Shown piece by piece: positions 9,781-18,109 of a stretch of DNA of 64,000 nt (position 1 is the stretch's first letter; each line of letters begins with the position of its first letter). The stretch comes from Bryobacterales bacterium. Lineage in GTDB: Bacteria; Acidobacteriota; Terriglobia; Bryobacterales; UBA6623. The notes under the pieces were generated by a model, which searched no databases, was not told the origin of the DNA, and saw only the letters and a program-made list of their open reading frames with translations. Location of the stretch: assembly GCA_965213745.1 (NCBI GenBank), contig CBDBZZ010000058.1:67638-131637 (forward strand), in the 5' to 3' direction. Position numbers and translations under genes: made by a program.

Positions 9781-11043
9781 TGATTCCAAAATAACATGTC
9801 AATAGACAGGGTGTCCTAGGCGACGGAGACCTCGTCCATCTTGTAAGTCCAGCGGTACGCCACGGGATCCTCGTTGACACGGTCGATGTACGCCTCGATC
9901 CGCAGCTTGAGTTCTTCCTGGGTCGCGACCCGGATCTCCCTGAGCAGGGTGCGCGTCAGCTTTGAGAAGAACGATTCGACCAGGTTCAACCACGATCCGT
10001 GCTTGGGCGTGAACACGAACTCGAAGCGGTTGGCGACGGTCGCCGGATACGCCCGCGTCTCCTGCGACGTGTGCGCGGAGTGATTGTCGAGCACGACCCG
10101 GATCGGAATCCCCGGGGGATAGGCGCCGTCCAGTTGCTGCAAGAACTCCACGAACTCGCGGCTGCGGTGGCGCTCCACGACGGCCCGGTGGATGTGCCCG
10201 GTGAGCAGGTCCAAGCCCGCCCTCAGCGTCAGCGTGCCGAGCCGCTTGTATTCATAGTCGCGCCCGGGCGAAGCGTGCTGGCCGGGCTTGGGCGCCAGGT
10301 CGGGAGCGACCCCGGCGAGGGCTGGGATGCCCGGCTTCTCGTCGTAGGAGACCCAGGCCGTGAGCGCGGTTTCGCCGGCCTCGGCGCCGGCCTCGCGGAA
10401 GACCTGCACCTGCTTGTAGAGCAGCAGGACCTGCTCCATCTTGGGCTCGAAATCCGGATCGCGCCGCTCCAGGTAGCACCGGACCTTGTGCGGGCGCAAG
10501 CGGTGGGCCCGCAGCAGCTTGCAGACGGTGCCGCGCCCGACGCGGGCCAAGCTGGGATGGCCCGCGGCGACGCAGCGCTCCCGCGCATGGCGGGCCAGGA
10601 GCCGCAAGGTCCAGAGTTCCTCGGGATAGCCGCATGCCCGGGGCTTGGCGCAGGCGACCGCCACGAGCCACGCCCGGGCTGCGGTCGGGATCCGCGCCGG
10701 GCGACCCGGCCGGGCCCAGTCCTCCAGGGCGGCTGCGGCCCCCAGCTGCAAGCCCTTGTCGACGCAGCGTTCGATCTGGGGGCGGTTCGTGCGGAGCGTG
10801 CGGGCGAGGGCCGAGACCGACGCGCCGGCGGCGTAGCCGAGCAGGATCTTGGCACGCTCGACGCGCCGGGCCGGCTCGGTGCGGGAGCGGGAGACGGTCT
10901 CGAGCGTGGCCCGCGCCGCGGGGCTCAGGATCAAATCGGGGCGTTGCTTCCGGAAGGGCATGGCACCGTGGGGAGCCCCTGCGGGCAACCCTGCAACCAG
11001 CCTAGCTCAACCTCAAACCTATTGCAATATTATTTTGGAATCG
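9781..11043 (-). mobile_element. IS630-family insertion sequence (copy 1)
   Basis: Terminal inverted repeats are GATTCCAAAATAACATGTCAATAG (9782-) and the reverse complement of CTATTGCAATATTATTTTGGAATC (-11042). TA is duplicated at 9779-9780 and 11044-11045. A single DDE transposase ORF lies inside. Confidence 0.85.
9816..10988 (-). CDS. IS630 family transposase
   Basis: 390-aa ORF with an N-terminal HTH region. The DDE_3 hallmarks are WVSYDEKPGI..., VVLDNHSAHTS and FTPKHGSWLNLVESFFSKL. An alternative start is the Met at 10961. Confidence 0.9.
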   Translation of the reverse strand: MPAGAPHGAMPFRKQRPDLILSPAARATLETVSRSRTEPARRVERAKILLGYAAGASVSALARTLRTNRPQIERCVDKGLQLGAAAALEDWARPGRPARIPTAARAWLVAVACAKPRACGYPEELWTLRLLARHARERCVAAGHPSLARVGRGTVCKLLRAHRLRPHKVRCYLERRDPDFEPKMEQVLLLYKQVQVFREAGAEAGETALTAWVSYDEKPGIPALAGVAPDLAPKPGQHASPGRDYEYKRLGTLTLRAGLDLLTGHIHRAVVERHRSREFVEFLQQLDGAYPPGIPIRVVLDNHSAHTSQETRAYPATVANRFEFVFTPKHGSWLNLVESFFSKLTRTLLREIRVATQEELKLRIEAYIDRVNEDPVAYRWTYKMDEVSVA

Positions 11044-11301
11044 TACTACTAGGTCCTGAACACCACCCAAGAAAACGTGGCATCCCATGGCATTGTTGTC
11101 TTTTTCCACCAAGCGGCGGACGAAAGCAGCCAGAGAACTCTTGCCGATCCCCCGTTCGCCGGTGACGAAACCGATCTGAAAGCGCCCCTGAGAGCTGGTG
11201 GCAACCATGCTCCGCAGGCGCACTATCTCGGCTGCCCGCCCGACGAAGAACTCGACGGGCACAGGCTGGCCTGGAGTGAATGGACTGGACTCAGGATTCA
11301 A
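11044..11301 (-). pseudogene. ORC/Cdc6-like AAA ATPase, N-terminal part (gene split by IS630)
   Basis: TTG start at 11301 preceded by AGGTGGAG. The sequence FVGRAAEIVRLRSMV...GFVTGERGIGKSSLAAFV contains the Walker A motif. Confidence 0.75.
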
Positions 11302-11446
11302 TGCTCCACCTCTATTAGGTGGTCCCCGGCTTCCGGACCGGTGAGGGCTTCGTCAAGGTGTGTCCCGGTTGCGATGTCAAGGCTTAGAGGTCGTTGTTGC
11401 CCGCACGGATCGCCCACGGTCGAAGTTGACAACACGTCGCTTGCGC

Positions 11447-12697
11447 TCACCACTGGATGCCATCCTCTGAGAAGGAGATTCCCGTTTCCTTGTCACTCGG
11501 AGTTGCGCCTCCGCTCTCCCTGCTGGCCGTGCCAGTGTCCTCCGCCATGTTGCCCGCATTTTCCAGGGAGCAGTATCTCCGGAACGTACCATCTTTGCGC
11601 TTGTCTTCCGCCAGCGGAACGGTCCACCCGTCCGCGCCGTTGTTCACCTTCAACGCCACCAGCTCGCGATCCACGTTCGGAGCGTCCTCCGGTCCTTGAC
11701 CTAGATAGAGCACGCCGCGCACCGCGTCGCACCACTGAGCAGACCCGCTCACTGCACCCGCACCCGGCAGCTTGCCGCTTGCGGCCGCGTTGCACACAGA
11801 CTTCGTATCGTGGGCCACGACCAGAAAGCTGGCCCGGAGTGCGGCCGAGAGTGTCGCCACCGAGCGCATGGCGTAGCGAGCTGCGCCACCTTCGCTCAGA
11901 TTCAGGCTGCCCGCCGCGGCCGATATGGGGGCCAGGACGACCAACGACGGGCGGAGTGCATGCAGCCGCTTGTACAAGACACCGAACGCCGGCGTAACGC
12001 ACGCGCCGCCCGCAATCCGACCCGCCGGTCTCCAAAGCGGTTCGGGGTCTACGACGATGTACAGTCGTGCCAACGCGGAGTCCGCCGCCATTGCCCGCAG
12101 CCTCGCCGCGATCCGAGCCGGATGGTCTTCATAGGACACCAGCACCACTGGCCCCGCCCGCACGACCAAACCACACGCCTCCCCCCATAGTATCCGCTTG
12201 GCGGTAGCTTCAGCTCGAGCTTCAGCTGCGTACTCGGCTACGGATTCCATGTCAGCTTCGGCTATAGCTCTGATCTCGATATCCGGTAGAGGCACCAGGG
12301 AGGCCGTGACATCGGCCTCGGCTGCGGCAGCGGTGGCGGGTTCTAGGGCGGCCAGCTGTTCAAATTTCGCATCGGCTATGGTTTCGGCTATGAGGTCGGT
12401 GTTCAACTCGGCCTCATCGGCCGCTTCGGCAGCGGCTTCCGCTGCCGCTTCGCCATTCGCGGTCGCGACGGCTGCCTCGGCGGCTTCGGCCGCCGCGCAG
12501 GCCCACGCGAGCGCGAGCCAACTCTTGCCGATTCCACCCGGTCCGCTTAGGATGGCAGGCTCCCCCACCGAGCACACGACAGCGGCCCTTGCGCTTTCCG
12601 AGGCCAAGCGCAGCACCGGCTCCGGCTCGGGCAGGCTCATCGCGTCGACCGTAGTGACCAGTTTCACACGATCGATGGCAGTCCGGTTCCCATCCAT
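11447..12697 (-). CDS. RecA/RepA-like AAA_25 family ATPase with an Ala/Glu-rich insertion
   Basis: Walker A is LSGPGGIGKSWLALAWA. Core blocks are VVLVSYEDHPARIAARL, SLVVLAPIS (Walker B-like) and FLVVAHDTK. About 100 aa of acidic Ala/Glu-rich sequence (AAAEAAEAAVATANGEAAAEAAAEAADEAE...AEYAAEARAEATAKRIL) lie between Walker A and the next core block. Confidence 0.7.
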   Translation of the reverse strand: MDGNRTAIDRVKLVTTVDAMSLPEPEPVLRLASESARAAVVCSVGEPAILSGPGGIGKSWLALAWACAAAEAAEAAVATANGEAAAEAAAEAADEAELNTDLIAETIADAKFEQLAALEPATAAAAEADVTASLVPLPDIEIRAIAEADMESVAEYAAEARAEATAKRILWGEACGLVVRAGPVVLVSYEDHPARIAARLRAMAADSALARLYIVVDPEPLWRPAGRIAGGACVTPAFGVLYKRLHALRPSLVVLAPISAAAGSLNLSEGGAARYAMRSVATLSAALRASFLVVAHDTKSVCNAAASGKLPGAGAVSGSAQWCDAVRGVLYLGQGPEDAPNVDRELVALKVNNGADGWTVPLAEDKRKDGTFRRYCSLENAGNMAEDTGTASRESGGATPSDKETGISFSEDGIQW

Positions 12698-13025
12698 CCA
12701 GCTGGTGCCTCCCGTTCAGCTCGCGCACCCGCAGCAGGAGTGCCGCCGCGCCCAGCTGACCCGACCTGGGGCGGGAGACCCTCTTCCCGCTCCCCGCGAA
12801 CCGCGAAGGTCGCTGCGTTCGTGACCGGCCGCGACGGCGCACGCCTGAACATCGCCCTGCCCAAGGACCTGCCCACCCGGTTCAAGATCGCCTGCGCCAC
12901 CTCGATCCATGTGGGTCCGATGGGATGTCGACCACCTTCGCAGAATGCTGCCCGCTTGGCAAACAGGTCATAACTCTATGATCGCAGATCAGAGTCCATT
13001 GCACATGCAGACGCCGAACCTTCTA

Positions 13026-14169
13026 CTGATCGCGTCAAAAGCCGTGTCATCAGAATTCAGGCAAGAATATACCTGCAGTCTGCCTCCCGAAAGAAGGATC
13101 GCACCTGCTCCGGAGCTTTTTGCAAAGACTGGAAAGCAGCTTCCAGGTTGTCACGAAGCTGTTCTTCGGTCTTGCTCAGCTCGCGACCGACCTGCCGCTT
13201 GACCAAGGCCCATAGCAGTTCCACCGGATTGACTTGCGGCGAGTAGGTCGGCTGAAAGTACAGCTCTACCGCGGCTTGGTTCGCTTCCAGCCACTCCTGG
13301 ATGATCCGGGCCCGATGAATCCTGCAATTGTCGACTACCAACGGAATCTTCCGGTCCGCTTCCTCCGCGATCCGCTTCAAAAACTCCCGGAAGACCTCCG
13401 CTGTGACAGGACCTTCCCGCACTGTGTCATGGAGCTGGCCCTCCGGGCTGCTGGCCGCCAGCCGGTGGAGGCGGAAACGCCCGCTGGCCACCCGCCCGAC
13501 GGGGGTCTGACCGCACGGGCCCCAGGTGCGCCCGGACACGCTCTGCGCAGCCAGGCCGGACTCGTCGGCGAAGGCGATCATGGCTCCTAACTCCTGGGCA
13601 CAGTGAAGGATCTGGGCGAACTCTTCGTCTTTCCAGCGCTGCACGGCAGCGGGATCGTACCGGGTGGCGCGCCGCTGGGGCCGCTGCGGGGTGAGTCCGA
13701 GCCGCCGCAGGATCCGGCGCACCGTGGAGACGCTCAGGACGCTGCCGAACTTCTCCCAAAAGGCTTGGCGCACTCGCTGCGCGGTCCACCAAGCGAACTC
13801 GAATTTGTATTGAGCGGGGTCTTGGTCTAGGACGACGATACGGATCCAAGCAAGGTGCTGATCTGTCCATTGGCGTGGTCTTCCCGTTCTTTTACGATCC
13901 CGTAGGTTTTCCATGCCTCCCAGGATAAAGCGTGAGATCCAGCGATAGATCATGCGTATGGAGAAAGGTACGCAGGACTTTATCTGGGCCACTGACTTCC
14001 CCTCAAGGAACTGCAAGACCACCTTTTTTCAAATCTCGAACTTCTGGTCCTTAGTAAGGCGCAGGGAGAAGAAGAATCTTTCTTTTGTCACAATAATAGA
14101 GTACAACAAATCCACCCTGCAGATCAATCGACGAAGGGATTTCCGAGACACGACTTTTGACGCGATCAG
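13026..14169 (-). mobile_element. IS630-family insertion sequence (copy 2)
   Basis: The terminal inverted repeats are CTGATCGCGTCAAAAGCCGTGTC (13026-13048) and GACACGACTTTTGACGCGATCAG (14147-14169), which match at 22 of 23 positions. TA flanks both ends (13024-13025 and 14170-14171). Confidence 0.85.
13057..14022 (-). CDS. IS630 family transposase (main ORF, preceded by an in-frame TGA)
   Basis: 321-aa ORF with an HTH (LEGKSVAQI...IYRWISRF). The DDE_3 blocks are IAFADESGL, LVVDNCRIHRA and YSPQVNPVELLWALVK. ORF 14029..14238 is in the same frame, (14238-13057+1)/3 = 394, and is separated only by a TGA (...LTKDQKFEI*KKVVLQFLEGKS). Confidence 0.8.
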   Translation of the reverse strand: MVLQFLEGKSVAQIKSCVPFSIRMIYRWISRFILGGMENLRDRKRTGRPRQWTDQHLAWIRIVVLDQDPAQYKFEFAWWTAQRVRQAFWEKFGSVLSVSTVRRILRRLGLTPQRPQRRATRYDPAAVQRWKDEEFAQILHCAQELGAMIAFADESGLAAQSVSGRTWGPCGQTPVGRVASGRFRLHRLAASSPEGQLHDTVREGPVTAEVFREFLKRIAEEADRKIPLVVDNCRIHRARIIQEWLEANQAAVELYFQPTYSPQVNPVELLWALVKRQVGRELSKTEEQLRDNLEAAFQSLQKAPEQVRSFFREADCRYILA

Positions 14170-14606
14170 TACCCCCACCGCTGCACGCACGCCTGCGCCA
14201 CCAGCGGCACCAGCCGCCGGCTGACCAGCCGCGCACACTCCCGCAACCCCTCCAGAGCCGCCTCATGCATCCGCTGCAGGTATGCGCCGAGCCGCCGGCT
14301 GGCGGGCACGGCCCGCAGCCCGCACGTTTGCCGGGCGACCTCATTGGCCCCCAGGGCGTCGACCGCGTGGAGGTGCCCCCCGCCGGCGCAGGCCGAGTAG
14401 ATCAGCGCCAGCAGCCTCTGCACATCGCTGCCACCGCGCCGGCGGCGCTGGAGGCGGACCGAGGCGGCCAGTTTCTCGGGCAGCCCGAGGAACCGGGCCA
14501 GCCGGCCCACCACGCCGAGCCCGGCCAGGCCCGTCAGGTCGTCGTCGCAGACGCCGTAAGCCAGGGTGGGAGCGCTGTCGGGGGACAGGGGCCAGGGGGC
14601 CTCCAA
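14170..14606 (-). pseudogene. IS1380 family transposase, N-terminal fragment truncated by IS630 copy 2
   Basis: DLTGLAGLGVVGRLARFLGLPEKLAASV...RRRGGSDVQRLLALIYSACAGGGHLHAVDAL...VPASRRLGAYLQRM matches the N-terminal region of IS1380-type transposases as I recall it. The reading frame runs straight into the IS630 end. Confidence 0.55.
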
Positions 14607-14725
14607 GAAAATCGAGATGCACCCCCGAGGTGCAATCCGCGAACACCCCGAGGACCGTCTAAATCACTGTGACACAAAACGTTCCGTCTGGTGCCGGAAT
14701 TTTTAACCGGGAATCAGGGTGGCAT

Positions 14726-14761
14726 CGGACGCCAGCGGACAAAATATGAGCGGTGTCCGTG
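14726..14761 (+). repeat. 36-nt hairpin-containing repeat, copy 2
   Basis: CGGACGCCAGCGGACAAAATATGAGCGGTGTCCGTG, in the same orientation as copy 1. The single C-to-T difference turns one stem pair into G-T. Confidence 0.9.
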
Positions 14762-14980
14762 GGGCACTGTGCTCTCCGCCTCGTCGCGCTGGACGGCGAG
14801 CCATACGCGTTCCTCCACGCCACAGCTCCCGAGACCGGGCGTATTGCCGTCTGGGAGTTTCCGCCTACCCCTCGGAAGCTACTTGAGTTCCGCATCGGCG
14901 GATGCTGATCAGGAGCTACTGCCGCCTGCGGCAGCACCCGCCGTCAAATCCGATACGATGGATCTCAGGCGGTTCGGCGG

Positions 14981-15715
14981 ATGGATCTCGCGCAACGCGG
15001 AGCTCGGCGGGCGGTGATATTGGCAGCGGGCCGCGGCACCCGCATGCAGGCGCTCACAGACGATTGCCCGAAGCCGATGCTGCCGCTGGCCGGAAGGCCG
15101 ATGCTGGCGCACCAGCTGGACCGGCTCGCCACCGCTGGAGTGGGGCGGGCATGTATTGTGACCGGCTACAAGGGCCGCATGATCCGTGAGTACTTCGCCC
15201 AGCATCCTCCGCGAGTCGAGCTTAGCTATGCGGTGCAGGAGACACAGAACGGGACTGGCAGCGCGGCGCTACTCGCCCGGGAGTTCGTTGCAGGCGGCAG
15301 CTTTCTCCTGACTTTCGGCGACATTCTGGTCGATCCAACAGCCTACAGCGACCTCTTCGACCTCGCCCCCAAGGCGGATGTGGTCCTGGCCACCAAGACG
15401 GTTGACGACCCGTATCGGGGCGGCGCGGTGTACGTGTCGGGCACCCGGGTGGTGCGCATCGTCGAGAAACCGCCGAAAGGCACGTCTGCGACGAATCACA
15501 CCAGCGCCGGCATCTACATTTTCGGCCCAGGCATATTCGGACATTTAGCTGGCCTTCGCCCATCCAATCGAGGCGAGTACGAAATCACGGACGCAATCCA
15601 GGCCGCGGTCGCCGCCGGGGAGCGGGTGCTCTGCCATGAAGTCTCTGGCTATTGGCGGGATGTTGGCCGGCCTGAGGACTTGGCCCCCGCCAGCGCCTAT
15701 GTGGAGGAGACGTGA
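14981..15715 (+). CDS. Sugar-phosphate nucleotidyltransferase (NTP_transferase family)
   Basis: AVILAAGRGTRMQALTDDCPKPMLPLAGRPML is the G-x-G-T-R-x signature region. The stop overlaps the next gene's start (ATGA-type overlap at 15712-15715). Confidence 0.8.
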   Translation: MDLAQRGARRAVILAAGRGTRMQALTDDCPKPMLPLAGRPMLAHQLDRLATAGVGRACIVTGYKGRMIREYFAQHPPRVELSYAVQETQNGTGSAALLAREFVAGGSFLLTFGDILVDPTAYSDLFDLAPKADVVLATKTVDDPYRGGAVYVSGTRVVRIVEKPPKGTSATNHTSAGIYIFGPGIFGHLAGLRPSNRGEYEITDAIQAAVAAGERVLCHEVSGYWRDVGRPEDLAPASAYVEET

Positions 15716-17940
15716 GCATGGATCCAGCGCACCTCGTGGCGGCCGCCGAGCGCGGGACTGCCGCCATGGACCTGCCGGAGGAGATCAAGCGGACAGCGGC
15801 GGCAAACCTTGGCGAGTGGCTCGCGCACGACAAGTTCCGGGGGCTGCACGATCCGAGCAGCTATGAGCGGATCCTCGCCTGGATGGTCGAGGCTGAGCGT
15901 TTCGACCTGCTGATCGACAGCTTCTATCAGACGATTCCATTCGGGACCGGGGGGCGTCGCGGACCCGTCGGCATCGGCCCAAACCGCATCAATCCGTATA
16001 CGATCGCGGCGTCGGTGCAGGGCCATGTCGAATACCTCCGGGAACGAAATCCGCAGGCGAACGATCTGGCCGTCGTCGTTGCCTACGATGTCCGCGGATT
16101 TCACAATTTGCGCGGAACCTATCCCGCCGAGCTGCCGAATCCCCTGCTGGGACTCACGTCGCGGGACCTTGCGCACACTGCGGCCTCCGTGTACGCGGCG
16201 GCCGGGATTGCGGTCTACACGCTGCCTCCGGACAGCGACGAGTACATCTCGACTCCAGAGCTCTCCTTTCTGATCCGGTGCCTGGGAGCCCACGGCGGCG
16301 TCAACGTGAGCGCATCGCACAACCATCCGGACGACAACGGCAGCAAGTTCTACAACTCTCACGGCGGCCAGGAGATCCCGCCGGACGACGAAACGCTGGC
16401 AGCCATCGTCGAGCGCGTAGGCACCATCCGGACCATGAGCTTCCTCGACGCGATGCGCGCCGGCCTCGTCCGCACCGTACCGCCCGAGGCTCGCACCGCG
16501 TTTCTCGACGTCAATCTGGGTCTTCGCCTCCGGCGGCAGGCTGGCCACGGACGATTCGTATTCACCAGCCTGCACGGCACCGGAATTCACACCGTGGGCC
16601 GCTGCCTGGAGGCGATGGGATATGCCCGGGACCGCCAGCTGTTCTATGTCGAGCAGCAGTGCGAGTTTCGCAGCGACTTCAAGCACGTAACATTCCGAAG
16701 CCCGAACCCGGAAGTCCCGGAATCCCTCGGCCAGGGCATCAAGCGGGCACGGCAGACCGGGGCGGACCTGCTGCTGGCCACGGACCCCGACGCCGACAGG
16801 CTCGGCGGTGCCTCCCGCAACGGCAGCGACTATCCGATCCTAACGGGCAACGAATTCGCGGCGATCCTCACCCGCTACCGCCTGGAATCGCTGGAAAAGG
16901 CGGGCAAGCTGCCCGACAAGCCGCTCGCGATCAAGACGGAAGTCACCACCGACCTCGTGCGCAAGCTCGTGGAGTCGAAGGGCGGCATTGTGATTGGCAA
17001 CTTGCTCGTGGGCTTCAAGTACATCGCTGCCGTCCTCGAGTCGCTGCGGCGCACGGGACGATACCGGAATATCGCCGCTCAGCTCGACGACTTCGTCGTC
17101 GCCGCCGAGGAGAGCCACGGGTTCCTGCTTACGCCCGAGGTGCGTGACAAAGACGCCGCCGGAGCCGCCGTCGTGCTGGCAGAGCTTGCTTCGGAACTCC
17201 GCGAGGAGGGCCGCACCGTCTACGACTACTTGCGCGAGACCTACAAGCGCTTCGGGTACCACAGCAATACGGTGCGCTCGACCGTCATGCAAGGAGCTGC
17301 GGGCTCAACCAACATCCGGCGCATCCAGCAACTGCTCCGCGAACAGCCTCCGGAGTCGATTGGAGGCCGACGGGTCCTCGAGATCAACGACTACTGGGAC
17401 GAAGCCCGTTTTGGACCGTTCGTCTCCAACACGGATCGAAGTGCCCGGAACCTGATCAGCTACACCGTGGCAGGCGGCATCAAGGCGACCATCCGGCCCT
17501 CCGGGACCGAGCCCAAAAATAAGATCTACCTGGAGCTGGTCTCCGCTCCACTCGGCCAAGCCGCATCGGATCACGAGTTCGAGGCTCACCGCAAGAAGGT
17601 CGACCGCGAGGTCAAGGAGTTTTCAAGCCGCTTTCTCGAGGCGATGCTGGGCCTGATCGGAGTTTCCCTGCCAGCCTACGCCTTCGAGGTCTCAGACCTA
17701 GTGCCGCTGCAGTACAAGATCGACTTCTGCGAACGCTTCCTGCCCGAATTCGAGCGCCGGGCCGAGGACGCCTTGGCGGGAAGAGCCGATGAGGCAGTCG
17801 TCGGGGCGTGGGTGGAAGAGACGTTGCGCCCCTACGGGCCGGACGCACGCGCTCTAGTACGCCGGGCGTTTGCGGCGTACGCTGATGCCACACCTCATTC
17901 GAATCGCTTGGAGGCGCAACGCCGGATCTTCGCCGGCTAG
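15712..17940 (+). CDS. alpha-D-phosphohexomutase (PGM/PMM) family protein, long form (742 aa)
   Basis: Active-site loop GVNVSASHNHPDDNGSKFY, metal loop LLLATDPDADRLG and sugar loop VAAEESHGFL. There is about 130 aa of extra C-terminal sequence after the last conserved domain. Confidence 0.8.
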   Translation: MSMDPAHLVAAAERGTAAMDLPEEIKRTAAANLGEWLAHDKFRGLHDPSSYERILAWMVEAERFDLLIDSFYQTIPFGTGGRRGPVGIGPNRINPYTIAASVQGHVEYLRERNPQANDLAVVVAYDVRGFHNLRGTYPAELPNPLLGLTSRDLAHTAASVYAAAGIAVYTLPPDSDEYISTPELSFLIRCLGAHGGVNVSASHNHPDDNGSKFYNSHGGQEIPPDDETLAAIVERVGTIRTMSFLDAMRAGLVRTVPPEARTAFLDVNLGLRLRRQAGHGRFVFTSLHGTGIHTVGRCLEAMGYARDRQLFYVEQQCEFRSDFKHVTFRSPNPEVPESLGQGIKRARQTGADLLLATDPDADRLGGASRNGSDYPILTGNEFAAILTRYRLESLEKAGKLPDKPLAIKTEVTTDLVRKLVESKGGIVIGNLLVGFKYIAAVLESLRRTGRYRNIAAQLDDFVVAAEESHGFLLTPEVRDKDAAGAAVVLAELASELREEGRTVYDYLRETYKRFGYHSNTVRSTVMQGAAGSTNIRRIQQLLREQPPESIGGRRVLEINDYWDEARFGPFVSNTDRSARNLISYTVAGGIKATIRPSGTEPKNKIYLELVSAPLGQAASDHEFEAHRKKVDREVKEFSSRFLEAMLGLIGVSLPAYAFEVSDLVPLQYKIDFCERFLPEFERRAEDALAGRADEAVVGAWVEETLRPYGPDARALVRRAFAAYADATPHSNRLEAQRRIFAG

Positions 17941-18019
17941 ATCCGAGCGGCTGCGGTACCAGCGTGCGGGCGTACAATGAAGGAACTGCAAGCCTTCCCA
18001 TCTCGCAGAGTTCCCGTGC

Positions 18020-18109
18020 GGAGAGGTGGCCGAGCGGCTTAAGGCGCACGCTTGGAAAGCGTGTTTAGGGGTAACTCTAACGAGGGTTCGAATCCCTCCC
18101 TCTCCGCCA
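18020..18109 (+). tRNA. tRNA-Ser (anticodon GGA)
   Basis: Hand-folded cloverleaf. Acceptor is GGAGAGG/CCTCTCC. The anticodon stem CACGC/GCGTG carries the loop TTGGAAA. There is a long variable arm, the T arm is GAGGG-TTCGAAT-CCCTC, the discriminator is G, and CCA is encoded. Confidence 0.9.

Noticed and set aside
12190-12500. Periodic GCTTCGGC / TCGGCT strings that looked like a short tandem or CRISPR-like array
   Set aside because: The periodicity is 3-nt codon periodicity of an Ala/Glu-rich coding run (the antisense of GCC-GAA-GC) inside the AAA_25 ORF. There are no repeat-spacer units of constant length.
12740-13025. Possible ribbon-helix-helix (ParG/CopG-like) gene fragment on the plus strand (...GARLNIALPKDLPTRFKIACAT...), divergent from the AAA_25 gene
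   Set aside because: Only about 20 residues resemble an RHH strand-helix. The continuation needs a frame change near 12900, the start is undefined, and the antisense frame is equally open. This is too weak to annotate as a feature, though it would fit a plasmid-like module.
14011-14040. A AAA AAG heptamer in IS630 copy 2, considered as a programmed -1 frameshift site
   Set aside because: The ORFs on both sides are in the same frame and are separated by a TGA whose last base starts the heptamer. A -1 shift would not join them.
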